Positions 49,900-61,780 of a stretch of DNA of 64,000 bases are shown piece by piece. How positions within the stretch are numbered: position 1 is the first letter of the stretch; each line of letters opens with the position of its first letter. The notes below the pieces were generated by a model. The model ran no database searches and was not told the DNA's origin. It worked only from the letters and a program-made list of their open reading frames with translations. This DNA is from Okamejei kenojei (Eukaryota): the NCBI GenBank assembly GCA_035221665.1, contig CM069145.1:15996001-16060000 (forward strand). Reading direction: 5' to 3'. A program made the translations under genes and the position numbers.

Positions 49900-51200
49900 A
49901 TGTGGAGACTGAGGATTGGAAGGTGCAGACCTGCCTATGACAGAGCAAATTGCCCAACTACGATGGAACAATAAAACAAGGAGGATTAAAAAGTTAGAAT
50001 CAGCATCTTAATTTAGATCTCTGCAGAACAGTGAGAGTCAGAAGAGGGGAGTTAACAAAGAATAGGCTCTCTGAATCTTTGATCACAAGGGGATTTGGAT
50101 TAGTTGGTAACCGTGAAAGGCGAAGAAAGAAATTTAAAGTAAACCATAATGTTTAGTCTTACTGCATTCACAGTTCAATGTCTCTTCAATCTCTTTAGCT
50201 TTCTTGCTGCCTACAACACATCAACCACTTAATTTTCTTAATTTCCACGTTCCTGATCTTGTGTTTATATTTCTGCCGTGCTGTGAGCATTTTGTTCCCA
50301 AATCTTGTATGGTTTCTCACCCATGCTGTATATTCCTTTCCAAGATATCTCCGTAATCCATTATTAATCTGTTAATATTTATTATCAATATGCTAATGGA
50401 TCCACTTCTACATTTATGTCAATACCATTTTACACTACCATCATCTATTACAAGCTGGTGCTGAATCATCAATGTTACATTACTATAGTGTTATAACGTT
50501 AGCCTATGTGTTACTGCGTGAGATTTTGTCCTGGATCAGATGAAACTTTCTACAGCACGAAACTTGCCAGCATCTTTATGCCTTTAATTTTAACTCCATC
50601 AACCTAGCTAGTTCTTGACATATTGTCCAACTAAGGAACTGCTTTGCCATCCAACCACCTTTTCTGTTGACATCTTGAAGCTCATGTTGGCCCTCACCCA
50701 CATTGTACGCTTCTATCACAATCTTCAATAACCTTCTTGGTCACTTGCTGGCACTGAGCCCTCTGGTAATAACTTTGACGATCTGTTCAACGTTGACCTT
50801 TCTGTCTCAGTATGTCCGCCACAGTAGCCTCTACCACCAAGAAAAGCTTCACATCCGTGTCTCTCCTTCCAGTCCAACACTGCCAAAAACGGTCATCCAT
50901 CACTTTGTGGATTAATTTCTCTCATGTTTTCTGCACCTGTCGTATCACTGTCTTTCACAGTTTCCAGCTAATCCAAATCCTCTCCCAAACAATGATTCAG
51001 AGGAACCATTCCACTGTCAGCCATTCCCTACTGGCCCTCAGCCCCACACAGATGTGATTTTTAAACGATTCTTTTCTGCCCTCGTGATTTTTTTGCCTAT
51101 GCTATCTGAGTGATTCGTTTCAGCCACACATCCAAACCTGATACCTTGTGTTCCTCTCATGCCATGCCCACTCCCTCTCCAGTACGCCACTGACCACTAA
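49900..51200. mobile_element. Ancient L2-like relics in opposite orientations
   Basis: About 50065-50120 is an inverted homologue of about 50950-51005 (CTCTGAATC...GGATTTGGATTAG.TGG.AAC.GTGAAAG); decayed L2-like 3' motifs. Confidence 0.45.
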
Positions 51201-52250
51201 TATCAAAGATTGATCTAAAAGATAACATTTCTCCTGCAATAGCCCACTAAATCTTGCTTCAAAACATTGCCTTCAACATTTTTGTTAAAAAAAAAGCACG
51301 TAATAACTAGGCCTTTGGTTCCCGACTTCATTGTGTTTGTGTAGAATAAGGAGGAATGCAGCACTGGTCTGCTGAAGCAAACCTGTCATATTTTGTTAGG
51401 AAATATGGATGATATCAATGTGAGAAGTGCACATTTGCCAAGATGAATGAAAAGCACAAGTTTAGTTTTTCATGCTGGATTTTCCACTTGTGCTCTCATG
51501 AGACCATTTATTTTGCTTCCATTCATTAAAATAGCTGCAAACGAATGCGTGGCTCCAGTACCTAACACCAGATTAGTAACAATGTAATTTAATTTGAGGT
51601 TCGCCAGACAATTTTCTTGGGATAGGCTCATGAGATTAGTCCTCATTCTATTTCTCTTGACAATCTTGCCAAAAAATACCTTGTTTAATGCTTTTTTAAA
51701 AAATCGTAGGCTGTCTTTATCTCACAATGTGCTAAGAATGCCTGGGTAAAAGAAGTATCCCCGTTTTAATATACCATATAATTCATAACACATTTTTTAA
51801 ATGGTATGAATTTTGCTGCATCTAGCAATGCAGGGAGAGTAATGAGATATTGCTGATTGGTAATAGAAAAACACGAAATAATAAAAGCATTTATAAAGTC
51901 ACTAAAAGGTACCTCACCAAACACAAATGCTTTAATTCACCTGGGCACTATAAATTAAAATGCACAATGGTGTGTAGTAAGCAGTAGAAATCAACATTAC
52001 CAGCAGCTTGCATTATTTCTTCCACTTACAGCCTTTCACATTTAGGCAAAAGGTTAATTTACAAATAATTTCACCTGAATCGTATGCACAAAAGTAATAT
52101 TTGTGGAGTGGTTATAGTTGACTTACATGATTGATACCAATTTTGTTCCATAATATCTGCAGCAAATAAAAAAAAAGTGTAATATAAAAAACATAACATG
52201 TGACAAGGTCTTCTAAAACATTTCTATTTAGGACCTCACAAGCTAAATTG

Positions 52251-52382
52251 NNNNNNNNNNNNNNNNNNNNNNNNNNNNNNNNNNNNNNNNNNNNNNNNNN
52301 NNNNNNNNNNNNNNNNNNNNNNNNNNNNNNNNNNNNNNNNNNNNNNNNNNNNNNNNNNNNNNNNNNNNNNNNNNNNNNNNNN
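52251..52382. other. N block (132 nt)
   Basis: Run of N in unique sequence. Confidence 1.
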
Positions 52383-53439
52383 AAGATTGCTTCTTTGATT
52401 TTTCTTCCATTAAGCCTTCCCGTCTTATGTACTACAGGAATGAACAATACTTCATACAGCAGCAATACATTGTAAACAAATGTAGAACATTTTTCACTCA
52501 AAACCGAGCCCTGTGAGGTAAAGAGGTTAGATCACAGGCATCTTTGCCCTACAGATTATGTTGTTCAATTGTAATGAATTCATACATTTGAAGTTGCCTT
52601 AGGGGCTCTCATTAGACTTGGGGGTGCTTATTACAGGGTATATTGCATGTATCACTTAAGAGCAAGAGGAGTGGATGATTTGATTAGAAATGTTGACAAG
52701 TTGAGGTGTGTAAAGAATATGTCATTCATGCACATTTCCTTTACTTTAATAACAGGATCTATCACTCAAAGATGCTTTTAACCATTTAAAGTCAGAGCAT
52801 TACAAGTAGAACAGATAACTTTGTAAGTCACTAAGCTAGCTGAGAATCCTCTGCCAAACCAATATTAGGCTGGCTGCACAATTAATGCAGTGTCCACAAC
52901 ACGTGTCCACAGAAACTGGAATTTACAAATGGCACCGATGAAATGTCCTTTGGTCACTTTTTGGTTTGATTCCCTTGTAAACTAAAAATCTCTTCTTCCC
53001 CCACCCAAAATTATCCATTGTAGTCTTTTGAGTCTTCAGGCAAGATCAGCACAGTTGTTCACTATTACTTTGCGCTTTGTAATAATTGAATAGAGAAATG
53101 AATCAGTTTAAAGTATTTACATATATCGATATTTAATACCACTGCATTATCTTCATGTATTTCTGCGTTATTTTTTATATATTAGCAGAAGGCATGCATT
53201 TGTTTTCATTGTATTAGCCTGTGTAAAAATATACATTGTATTGGGTATTTCAAAATATTTTCCTGTAAGGATAAAAATTATGCTGCACTTATAGAAACCT
53301 TTTGGTAATATTTTCCTTAAAACAATCACATGATACTCTGTACTACCTTTGTAACTCCTCTGTAAGTGACACCAGAAACCTTCTGAGTAGGATTGACAAA
53401 TACAAAAAACATCCTCCACAATTTGGCTTCCACATCTCT

Positions 53440-53571
53440 NNNNNNNNNNNNNNNNNNNNNNNNNNNNNNNNNNNNNNNNNNNNNNNNNNNNNNNNNNNNN
53501 NNNNNNNNNNNNNNNNNNNNNNNNNNNNNNNNNNNNNNNNNNNNNNNNNNNNNNNNNNNNNNNNNNNNNNN
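53440..53571. other. N block (132 nt)
   Basis: Run of N in unique sequence; same length as the previous block. Confidence 1.
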
Positions 53572-55239
53572 TTGACCAAGAACATTCTGTGATATGGAAG
53601 CGATATGTATATCATCATCATTTTTGATAAATGCAGCTTCTGAACACAGAATTACATACATTGCTACAGTATTAAAGCTGGAACTTGCAGACCACTAAAT
53701 CTATCCATACTCTTTTTCTCCTTTCTTGTTTTTAATATTTGGTTCTTTTTATTTTGTTTACTACTTTAAAATTTTTTTTTCCAATTGTGAAACCTTGATG
53801 TAAATACCATTTATCTAAATCAACTAAAATATTGGTGCATAAAAAAACCTGCTTAAACTTTTTTTTCTGCTAATATACTTATTTAAACCTGACGCAAAGG
53901 AGTACATTAAATTACATTTTTCTATCTATATATATTATGTAAATTAAAAGACATTTAATCCTCTAAGGAGCCCAAATGAAAACTCCAAAAGGTTCCTGGA
54001 ACACACAAAGCTAATCAGGTTTGCAACAATTTCCTTTAGGTTGCCCTGTTTTTTTGCTCTTCTTGGTACAGTACGCTTTGTCCAACAAAGCATCATCGGA
54101 CCATGGCTTCTGATGCCTACAGGTTATAGTTTATGATATGTTACATGATATTACAAGGTGCAAGCTATCGTGAATAATATACAAAATGTTCGTTTCCCAA
54201 TGGCGTTATAATGAGGTCAAAATGCACTTTTTGAAAAAAAAATCAAAATCTTGCACATTAGGAGAAAAATCAAAGCTAATGGGGTCCAAAGGGACACCAC
54301 AACCTTATGAAGGTTAATGTGGACATCTCTGTGGTGAGTTAAAGTCCCAATTATCCGACTACCCCTTATAAACAGTTCTTTCAAATCAATGCTAAAAAAT
54401 TATTGCAGGCACTTTAAAATATCAGTCATCAATACTAAATCAATGTTATTAGACATGAAATAAAAGTAGCTGGTAAATGCATCAAAAAATACTGATAATT
54501 TAAATAATTAGCTTGGATAATACAACAAAGAATGCATAATTCAGCTGAAATGATAAAAAGAGATGGACACTCAAATTAATTCCTGGTCATTATAATGCAG
54601 TTAACGGAAAGAAATGTCTCAAATGACAAGAAATATGTTTTATTTTTGATAATTTTTATTTAAAATGACACCATAAAATGGCAACAGCTACGTGGAATTC
54701 CTACAATGTACCATAATGTTATCATTAGATTATACAGGACCAAAATGTGTGTCTAATTAACTGCCCCAATTAAATGAATATTCCAATTAAATGTGGCCCC
54801 TTTAGATCACGTTTATCACAGAACGATAGCTGTAATAACATTACATGATATGTATCAAATTTTAAATATATTTTCTTATCCAAATCCCACCTGCAATGTT
54901 TTTCCATGGGAACCCAAGCTGGTCAAACAGCCATTTGTCTTAATACTATCCAGACATGACTTTGTACAAAGCCTCAGAACAACACAGAGCTGTGGTTAAT
55001 GTGAAATGTTGTCTTATCATTTATTTTCGCTACATTTCTCACTCGGTGCCTTTCCACTTGATGACGTTGAATTAGATTGGCAGCCAAAAAGTAAGGGAAG
55101 AAATATCGATCACATTGTTGTTACATTTTTTTTTTAAAAAGGTTACAATATTTATATTTGCATATCGTAGCTTGCTTTTTCATCTAGAAATATTCTTAAA
55201 CTACATTTTAACAATGATTTATTTGACTGAGAAACAACA

Positions 55240-55460
55240 ATGAGAAACTATGGCAGCCATTTTACACAAAGCAAACACCAATGGAGCAAAATGTAATCAC
55301 TTCAATTTGGTTTGAAGTTATGGATCTATCTTTGAGGCGCTTTGCTAAGGGAAGAATGCGGGCCAGCACACTGCGAGAATCCCTTTCCTTTGAATCTTTC
55401 CTAGCCAGCTGAACCATTGCAAACATTAGGGATCCCCGTTTAACATTTTACTTGATGAAG
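55240..55460 (-). mobile_element. DeuSINE relic (Deu core domain)
   Basis: Minus GGGATTCTCGCAGTGTGCTGGCC and TTGCTTTGTGTAAAATGGCTGCC resemble Deu-domain motifs as remembered. Confidence 0.55.
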
Positions 55461-55590
55461 GCAGGGGTATCAGTGGTTATGGGGAGAAGGCAGGAGAATG
55501 GGGTTAGGAGGGAGAGATAGGTCAGCCATTATTAAATGGCGTAGACTTGATGGGCCGAATGGCCTAATTTGCTCCTATCACATGACCTTA
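55461..55590 (+). mobile_element. CR1 3' UTR
   Basis: GGTTATGGGGAGAAGGCAGGAGAATGGGGTTAGGAGGGAGAGATAG...GGGCCGAATGGCCTAATT. Confidence 0.85.
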
Positions 55591-57194
55591 TGCCTGAAGG
55601 CACTGCCAACAATATCAGACATGTGGTGGTTAAGCAAGGCTGAAAGACATCTTGAGGTAATCAAAAAAAGTAGTAAGTTGAAATCTAATTGAAATGATCA
55701 ATCTAACATGAAATTTATGTCCTCTTATCACTGATTCAGATTCTGCTCATGAAGAATGAGCTGCATTTTGAATCTCCAAGCAATAATCTGATCTGAAATT
55801 GATTTCATATTTAGTAAAGCAAGATAAATCCACAGAAAAAAAGAACCTTAAAAATATGGTCAAGGCTGCCTTGGCCATTATTTTTGTCACCTGCCCTCTC
55901 CTTTCCAGCAAATTGAAAAACTGTCTTATTTTCCTTATGGGACATTTCGATTACATCTAAACAGCCTGCACTAGGTGGCAGTCCATCCTACAAATCACTA
56001 ATTCTAGGTGTGAAGTAGTCATCCTTAGTTATTTATACCTTACAATGCTTTTGGCTTAAACAAATCCTTCAGTTAATAACACAAGGCAGGCATAGGCAAA
56101 GAAGATTCAACCCTGCAAGACAGGTGCATCAAGACATATTTTTCTTGCATTGGCTTTACTCCATAATATTGGTTGGGTTGGAGCAGGTGAAATCTTCAGG
56201 GAGTAACATTTAGAAAGTATTTCTTTCTAACAGTCTAATCTACCACAATGCTGATGATATGAAAATTCTAACCAATATCTTTGAGAATGTCTTTATCTTT
56301 CACAGTGACCTAATGGATTAGACACACTTACTGTACAGGTTTGGGGCTTAATGGGCCTTGCTTACAGGACTCGCTCTGACAGTAATGACACAGTTTTTTT
56401 CCGAAACAGAATCCTCTTCACACTTTCCTCTTCCTTGCCCACTGTATCTCTCCAGAATTAAACAACATTATATCAGTTCGTCCTTTTATATTACACTTAA
56501 AGAAACACTACATTTGCTCTTTGTTTTTGTTTTTGGACAGTAGAAATGGTCATGGCCTCAACAGAGCTGAAACCAGAGTATTCACAAATTATTTGACCCT
56601 TTAAGCTCATAATCATTCCTAAAGCTTCATATTCTCTAGCCTGATTCTATATGGAGAAGTTGTAATCCATCAAATGCTTTCATGACAGACTTTTTCCAGC
56701 AGCTGAACTAGAATGAACGCTTTTAAGACATGTAAATAATAGAATCAATCAGTGTGCGAATAGAGATTAAGTGCTGTATGACTGGAGACACCAACTTTCA
56801 TTGATCTGTGGGGTGGATTCCAAACCTTCTCACAGTCTTACAGATTAGTATTCAGATTTTCATTTCACAGGCGTGGTTTCATTGTAAATTAAAAGGAGTT
56901 TACACCCTTGAGTCACATGTTAAGTGAGTTCAGATACTGACATATTTTCAATATAAACAATGATTCATGCAATTTTTTGTTCTCACTTTGCAACTGGCTT
57001 CTTCCACTGTGCACATAGATGCTACCAAAAGATTGTATGGCACCAGTGAAATTAAGAAATAGGTCTATTTTTACAACTTCAAATATTTCAGAGAATATTC
57101 TTTCGGTAATGCAAGTACTTGAGGAAATAAAATATCATGATTATAGCACAGGGACCTGTGGGTCATGCAAATAATACTTATAGTAGCGTATTAG

Positions 57195-57590
57195 ACAAGG
57201 CTAGATGGGCTGGGGTTATTTTCTTTGGAACAGAGGGAGTTGAGATGAGGAACTGAGATGTATAAAATTACGATGGGCACAGATGAACTAAAAAAAACCA
57301 TCTCCATTCACTGATTGGCCAAGAATCAGGGGACACAGATAAAAGGTAATTGGTGAAAGGATCAGAGGAATGATGAGGAAAAGTATTTTTCATCCATACA
57401 ATGGTAGTGGTCTGGAATTCAATGCCTGAAAGAACGATGGAAGCAAAATCACTCGTCATGTGTACCAGTGGTTTGGGTGTTTACTTCAAGAGCCATATCA
57501 GCAGGGCCATGGACCTTTTGTAGAAAGATGGGTTTATACTGGAGACCTTTTCCAGAATAGATACAACAGGCTGAGTAGCCTCCCTTTGTG
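57195..57590 (+). mobile_element. Old CR1 3' end
   Basis: RLDGLGLFSLEQR, GDTDKR (RGH-like), TCTGGAATTCAATGCCTGAA (WNSMP). Confidence 0.7.
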
Positions 57591-58254
57591 TCAAATTTGT
57601 TTCACGGGTTTTGTCCTTTGAGCATCAAAGAGAAATATCTTTGTCAGTGATGTGGAGCTGATGTGTTTGTATACAATGTTTTATATCATCATGAACAATG
57701 TCATTTCAACATCTCAACAATTATTTAGCAGGGTAAAAGCACATCAGAGACACAAAGATAAATCTCTTCCAAGTCCAGCTCTTAGGCTAGAAGTAGTGTT
57801 TGCTCGTGAAAACTGAAATTAAAGGCAATCTTTCCATGGCAAAATCTAACTTTTAAGTAAACATTTTGATTTGGGCTTGGATTTTGGATTACATAATGTC
57901 CTAAGCACAGTCAGTCACTACATATTCGTCATAGTACAACTTTTAACTACAAAAATTACATATCAAGTTGAAAATTTCAGCTATTTCAGAAAATAAATCA
58001 TTATGGTATTATACTGGCTTGTATATATTTTTTTAAAAGGGAAGTTTATGCTAAAAAATACTGAAATCATAAAACTTATGAACTTGCTGGCTATTGAAAG
58101 ATGTGTGATTAGATAATATCTGGATATTAATGCATTTCCTTATTTAAATATATAGTGTAAACCTGTGTCACTATAGATATAATTCACCCATAACACTATT
58201 TTACATGTAAAATATACAGAGTTGAAACAAAACTAAAAATCTGATGCATTTATA

Positions 58255-58400
58255 TTAAACGTCAATTTATAAATATATATATATTTATATATATGTAAAT
58301 TATATATTAAAATTGTCGTTCAGCTTTATATCCCTCTTTATTATGATATATATATATAATGTTAATATAATATATATTATATAAATGTTAATGTTAAATT
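58255..58400. repeat. AT-rich (TA)n low-complexity tract
   Basis: Directly visible. Confidence 0.85.
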
Positions 58401-59444
58401 TGTCCCCCAAAATATGCCATATATTTTAGAGTGCTGATCAGTATTTGATCACTTTAATCTGGTCAAAATAATCTTATTAAATGCAATGCAGTTTAAACAA
58501 TTGCTTGTAGCCAGCATGTATTCGTTGGTCAAGGAATTCTATGTTGACAATTTCAGGATGATTAATGAAAGCACCTTTTTCTCAGAATGTCAGACACTGC
58601 CTTTTTAACAACTGACCTTTCATTGGATACTAGTGAACTCATAATTCCACTTCTGCACAGTTTCTTATTAGTAGAGTTAAAATTAATACTTATGGGAATG
58701 GTGGTTAATCCTCCACACTGTAAATCTTCCACTCCTTCAAGCTTCCACAAAGAGCAAAAGCTCCAATCTTAACCGGGGCACTTTCTTTTAATAGTCTTAT
58801 TTTAAAAACTAAAACAACAGATTATTTCATCAAAGAAACAATCTGTAATATCCTGAATTAAATATAGTTCGATTATAACGCACTGCAATATTACTCTCAA
58901 TTAGGGAAAGTATCCCTGTTATTAAGCAATGCAATCTATCACAGTGGGGGTTACGAGATTATATAACATACATATATTTCTGCAATTTCGATATGTATAT
59001 CATTTTGTAAAATTCTTGAAAATGCACTAAATCGCATTTGTAATTTCCAACAAGGCACTTCCTTTGTCATTACCAGTTTTCTGCACGTAACACAGCAGGT
59101 ACAAGTTAGTGCTTTGAGGTTGCAGATGGCATTTTCTGGACGGGATTTTTTTGCACAATTCTATGAAACTAATATCTCTATGAATTATTTCTGAGTGGAA
59201 TGTGCCATTTTGTCGGTGATATGCAGCGCATTCAGAAAGTATTCTGACCCCTTCACTTTTTCCACATTTTGTGACATTACAGCCTCATTTTAAAATGGAT
59301 TAAATTCTTTTTTTTTAATCATCAATCCACACACAGTACCCCAGAACGAAGAAGCAAAAACAGGGTTTTAGAGATTTTTGCAAAGTAATTAAAAATAAAT
59401 AACTGAAATATCACGTTTACATAAATATTCCGACCCTTTGCTAT

Positions 59445-59578
59445 CTTCTTCTTGCGTGTGGCGTGCACAGCCTAAAGTTGTCGGTCAACTTGTTCTATTT
59501 GATCTTGTTTGTGCACGTCGGGTTGATTACATTAGTCGAAACAGGGTGGACCACGTGAAGGTTGCAATCTCCCACCCC
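59445..59578 (-). mobile_element. Short non-autonomous retroposon with 5' HDV-like ribozyme (copy 2), nested in the Tc1 left inverted repeat
   Basis: Near-identical to 8414-8550; 12-bp TSD ACCCTT(T/A)GCTAT at 59433-59444 and 59580-59591. Confidence 0.9.
59525..59578 (-). ncRNA. Minimal HDV-like ribozyme fold (all helices intact)
   Basis: GGGGUGG GA GAUUGCA ACC UUCACGU GGU CCACCCU G U-UUCG-A CUAA UGUAAUC: P1 with G1-U wobble, P2, P3, L3, single-pair P1.1, candidate catalytic C in J4/2. Confidence 0.85.
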
Positions 59579-59720
59579 AACCCTTAGCTATGACACTCAA
59601 AATTGAGCTGAGGTTCATCCTGTTTCCATTGATTATCCTTAAGATGTTTCTACAACTTGATTGGAGTCGTCCACCAGTGGGAAATTAAATTGATTGGGTG
59701 TCAGAGCAAAAAACCAAGCC

Positions 59721-60302
59721 ATGAAGACGAAGGAATTGTCCGTAGACCTCCGAGACAGGATTGTGTCGAGACGCAGATCAGGTGAAGGGTATAAAACAAT
59801 TTCTGCAGCATTGCAGGTCCCGAAAAGCACAGTGGCCTCCGTGATTCTTGAATGGAAGAACTTTGGAACCACCAGGACTCTTCATAGAGCCGGCCGCCTG
59901 GCCAATCAGATGTCGGGGGAGAAAGGCCTTAGTAAGGGAGGTGACCAAGAATGGTCACTCTGACAGACCACCAGAGTTCCTCCGTGGAGGTGGGGGAACC
60001 TTTCGGAAGGACAACTATATATCCACCAATCAGGCTTTTACGTTAGAGTGGCCGGACGGAAGCCACTCCTCAGTAAAAGGCACATGACAGCCTGCTTGGA
60101 GTTTGCCAAAAGGGTTGTTTTCTCTGGTGCTCTGCTCTGATGAAACCAAGATTGAACTCTTTGGCCTGAATGCCAAGCATCACATCTGGAGGAAACCAGG
60201 CACCGCTCATCACCTGGCCAATACCATACCTATGGTGAAGCATGGTGGAGGCAGCATCATGCTGTGGGGATGTTTTTCAGTGGTGGGAACTGGGAGACTA
60301 GT
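59721..60302 (+). pseudogene. Tc1 transposase pseudogene
   Basis: MKTKELSVDLRDRIVSRRRSGEGYKTISAALQVPKSTVASVI (paired-like HTH); SDETKIELFG and VKHGGGSIMLWGCFS; frameshifted, and the second D and the E of DDE are deleted. Confidence 0.93.
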
Positions 60303-60616
60303 GCTTTTTTTTTTTAAATGATGGGGTATTGTGTGCAGATTGAAGATTTAAAAAAAAAATGTCATCCATTTTAGGCTGTAAAGTGACAAAATGTGGAAAA
60401 AGTGAAGGGGTCTGAATACTCTCTGCATGCACTGTATTCCCCTTTAAATATGTTTCACATATAAAGTACATATTAGCAAATGCTCGCCAAATTTTCGGAA
60501 TATTGTATAATTCAAGTGTATTGTGACTGTAGAGAAATGAATCATACAGTAGATCTAATGGCAGACTTCTATGGATCAGAAATAAACTGCAGATACTGGA
60601 AAATTAAAAAAACACC

Positions 60617-61020
60617 AGGGACGCTGGGGCGATGGCTGCCCTGCCGGCAGTCTGTTCGTCTTTACACTTTTTTGTTATTTTTTAGTTTGTTAAAAGTTTT
60701 TGTTTTAATGTTCTTCGGTTTGTTTTATGTGGGGGGAGGTGGTAGGGGATCGGGGGAAACTTTTTTTCAGGTTCATACCTTCCTGGAGATGTGATCAGTG
60801 TTTCGGATCACATTCTCCGGGGCCTCTGCGGCCTACTATCGATGGAGCTGGAAGCCTCCTCGGACTGTCGTGAGCCCCACCGCAGGGCGCGGACTTAACA
60901 TCGGAGCTGATCCCTCCCACCAGGACCACCGTGGAATCAACACCCAGGGCTCGTAGTCTTGGGTGAGGCCGAGTCGGGAGCTCCAACGTCGCGGGAGGTT
61001 CGACCAGCCCCGAAGCGAGG
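60617..61020 (+). repeat. GC-rich interspersed repeat
   Basis: CpG-rich, related to 9300-9690. Confidence 0.6.
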
Positions 61021-61021
61021 T

Positions 61022-61280
61022 TCGCATCTCCGGAGAGAAGGAATGGGTGAAGCTTCCGGTCGAGACGAGAAATGTCACCCATTCCAACACGAAGAAGGGT
61101 TTCGTACCGAAGGGTCAGTAACTCAGCGCGGCAGGTAGTATCTCTGAAGAAGAGGAATGGGTGAAGTTTCAAGTCGAGCCCCGAAACGTCACCTATTCCT
61201 TCATGAAGAAGGGTCTCAACCCAAAAAGTCACCCTTTTTTTCTCCAGAGATGCTGCTTATCCCGCTGAGTTACTCCAACA
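61022..61280. mobile_element. Cluster of rearranged PLE terminal-repeat fragments
   Basis: Several GAAGAAGGGT / GAAA(C/T)GTCACC(C/T)ATTCC motifs in both orientations. Confidence 0.8.
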
Positions 61281-61780
61281 GAGTTAATGTTTCAGGTCAA
61301 AGACCCTTTGTCAGAACTGTGAAAGAGAAAACAAGTTAGTTTTGAGCTGCAGAGAAGATGGGGGAGTGATGGATTGAACAAAGGGAATATCTCTGTCTGG
61401 GTGAAGCCAAATAGTTCAATGGTGGCAGTCACAAGCACATTATATTTCCTTGAATGTGGTGTGTGACACTATCAGCAGGGATGTGGGACAGGCCCAGCAA
61501 GCCAAGCTATACAAATTACTTGAGAAAAACAGTCAGAAATCATGGATAACTGCCAAAGTGGCCAGATTCATTGTAGACAAACGGAAATAGTGCTTTATCT
61601 AAAGTTGTGGAATTTGATAGAATCCAGCAATCTACATTGTCCCTAATAAAGCAATAAATATTGCAATGCATTATAATCAGACTATATTTAATTCCTCAGA
61701 TTTATATGAGGGTTCAGGGTTGAAGTGCAGGAGGCCACTGGCAAGGCAGATTGGGGGTGGGATGTTGAAGGAGGTGAGTT
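61281..61780 (-). mobile_element. Old PLE 3' relic
   Basis: Minus CTGACAAAGGGTCTTTGACCTGAAACATTAACTCT, followed by decayed ORF-end sequence. Confidence 0.5.

Larger units (their letters stand above)
59224..60434 (+). mobile_element. Tc1-family DNA transposon (IR/DR type), internally deleted
   Basis: TIRs CAGCGCATTCAGAAAGTATTCTGACCCCTTCACTTTTTCCACATTTTGT / ACAAAATGTGGAAAAAGTGAAGGGGTCTGAATACTCTCTGCATGCACTG; TA at 60435-60436. Confidence 0.95.

Noticed and set aside
50780-50990. Gypsy integrase-like peptides on minus (VWERI, LFLVVEAY)
   Set aside because: Only short chance-level matches; the region fits a decayed L2-like relic better.
59058-59075. miR-204/211-like TTCCTTTGTCAT (also CCCTTTGTCATC near 42968)
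   Set aside because: Partial match only and no hairpin.
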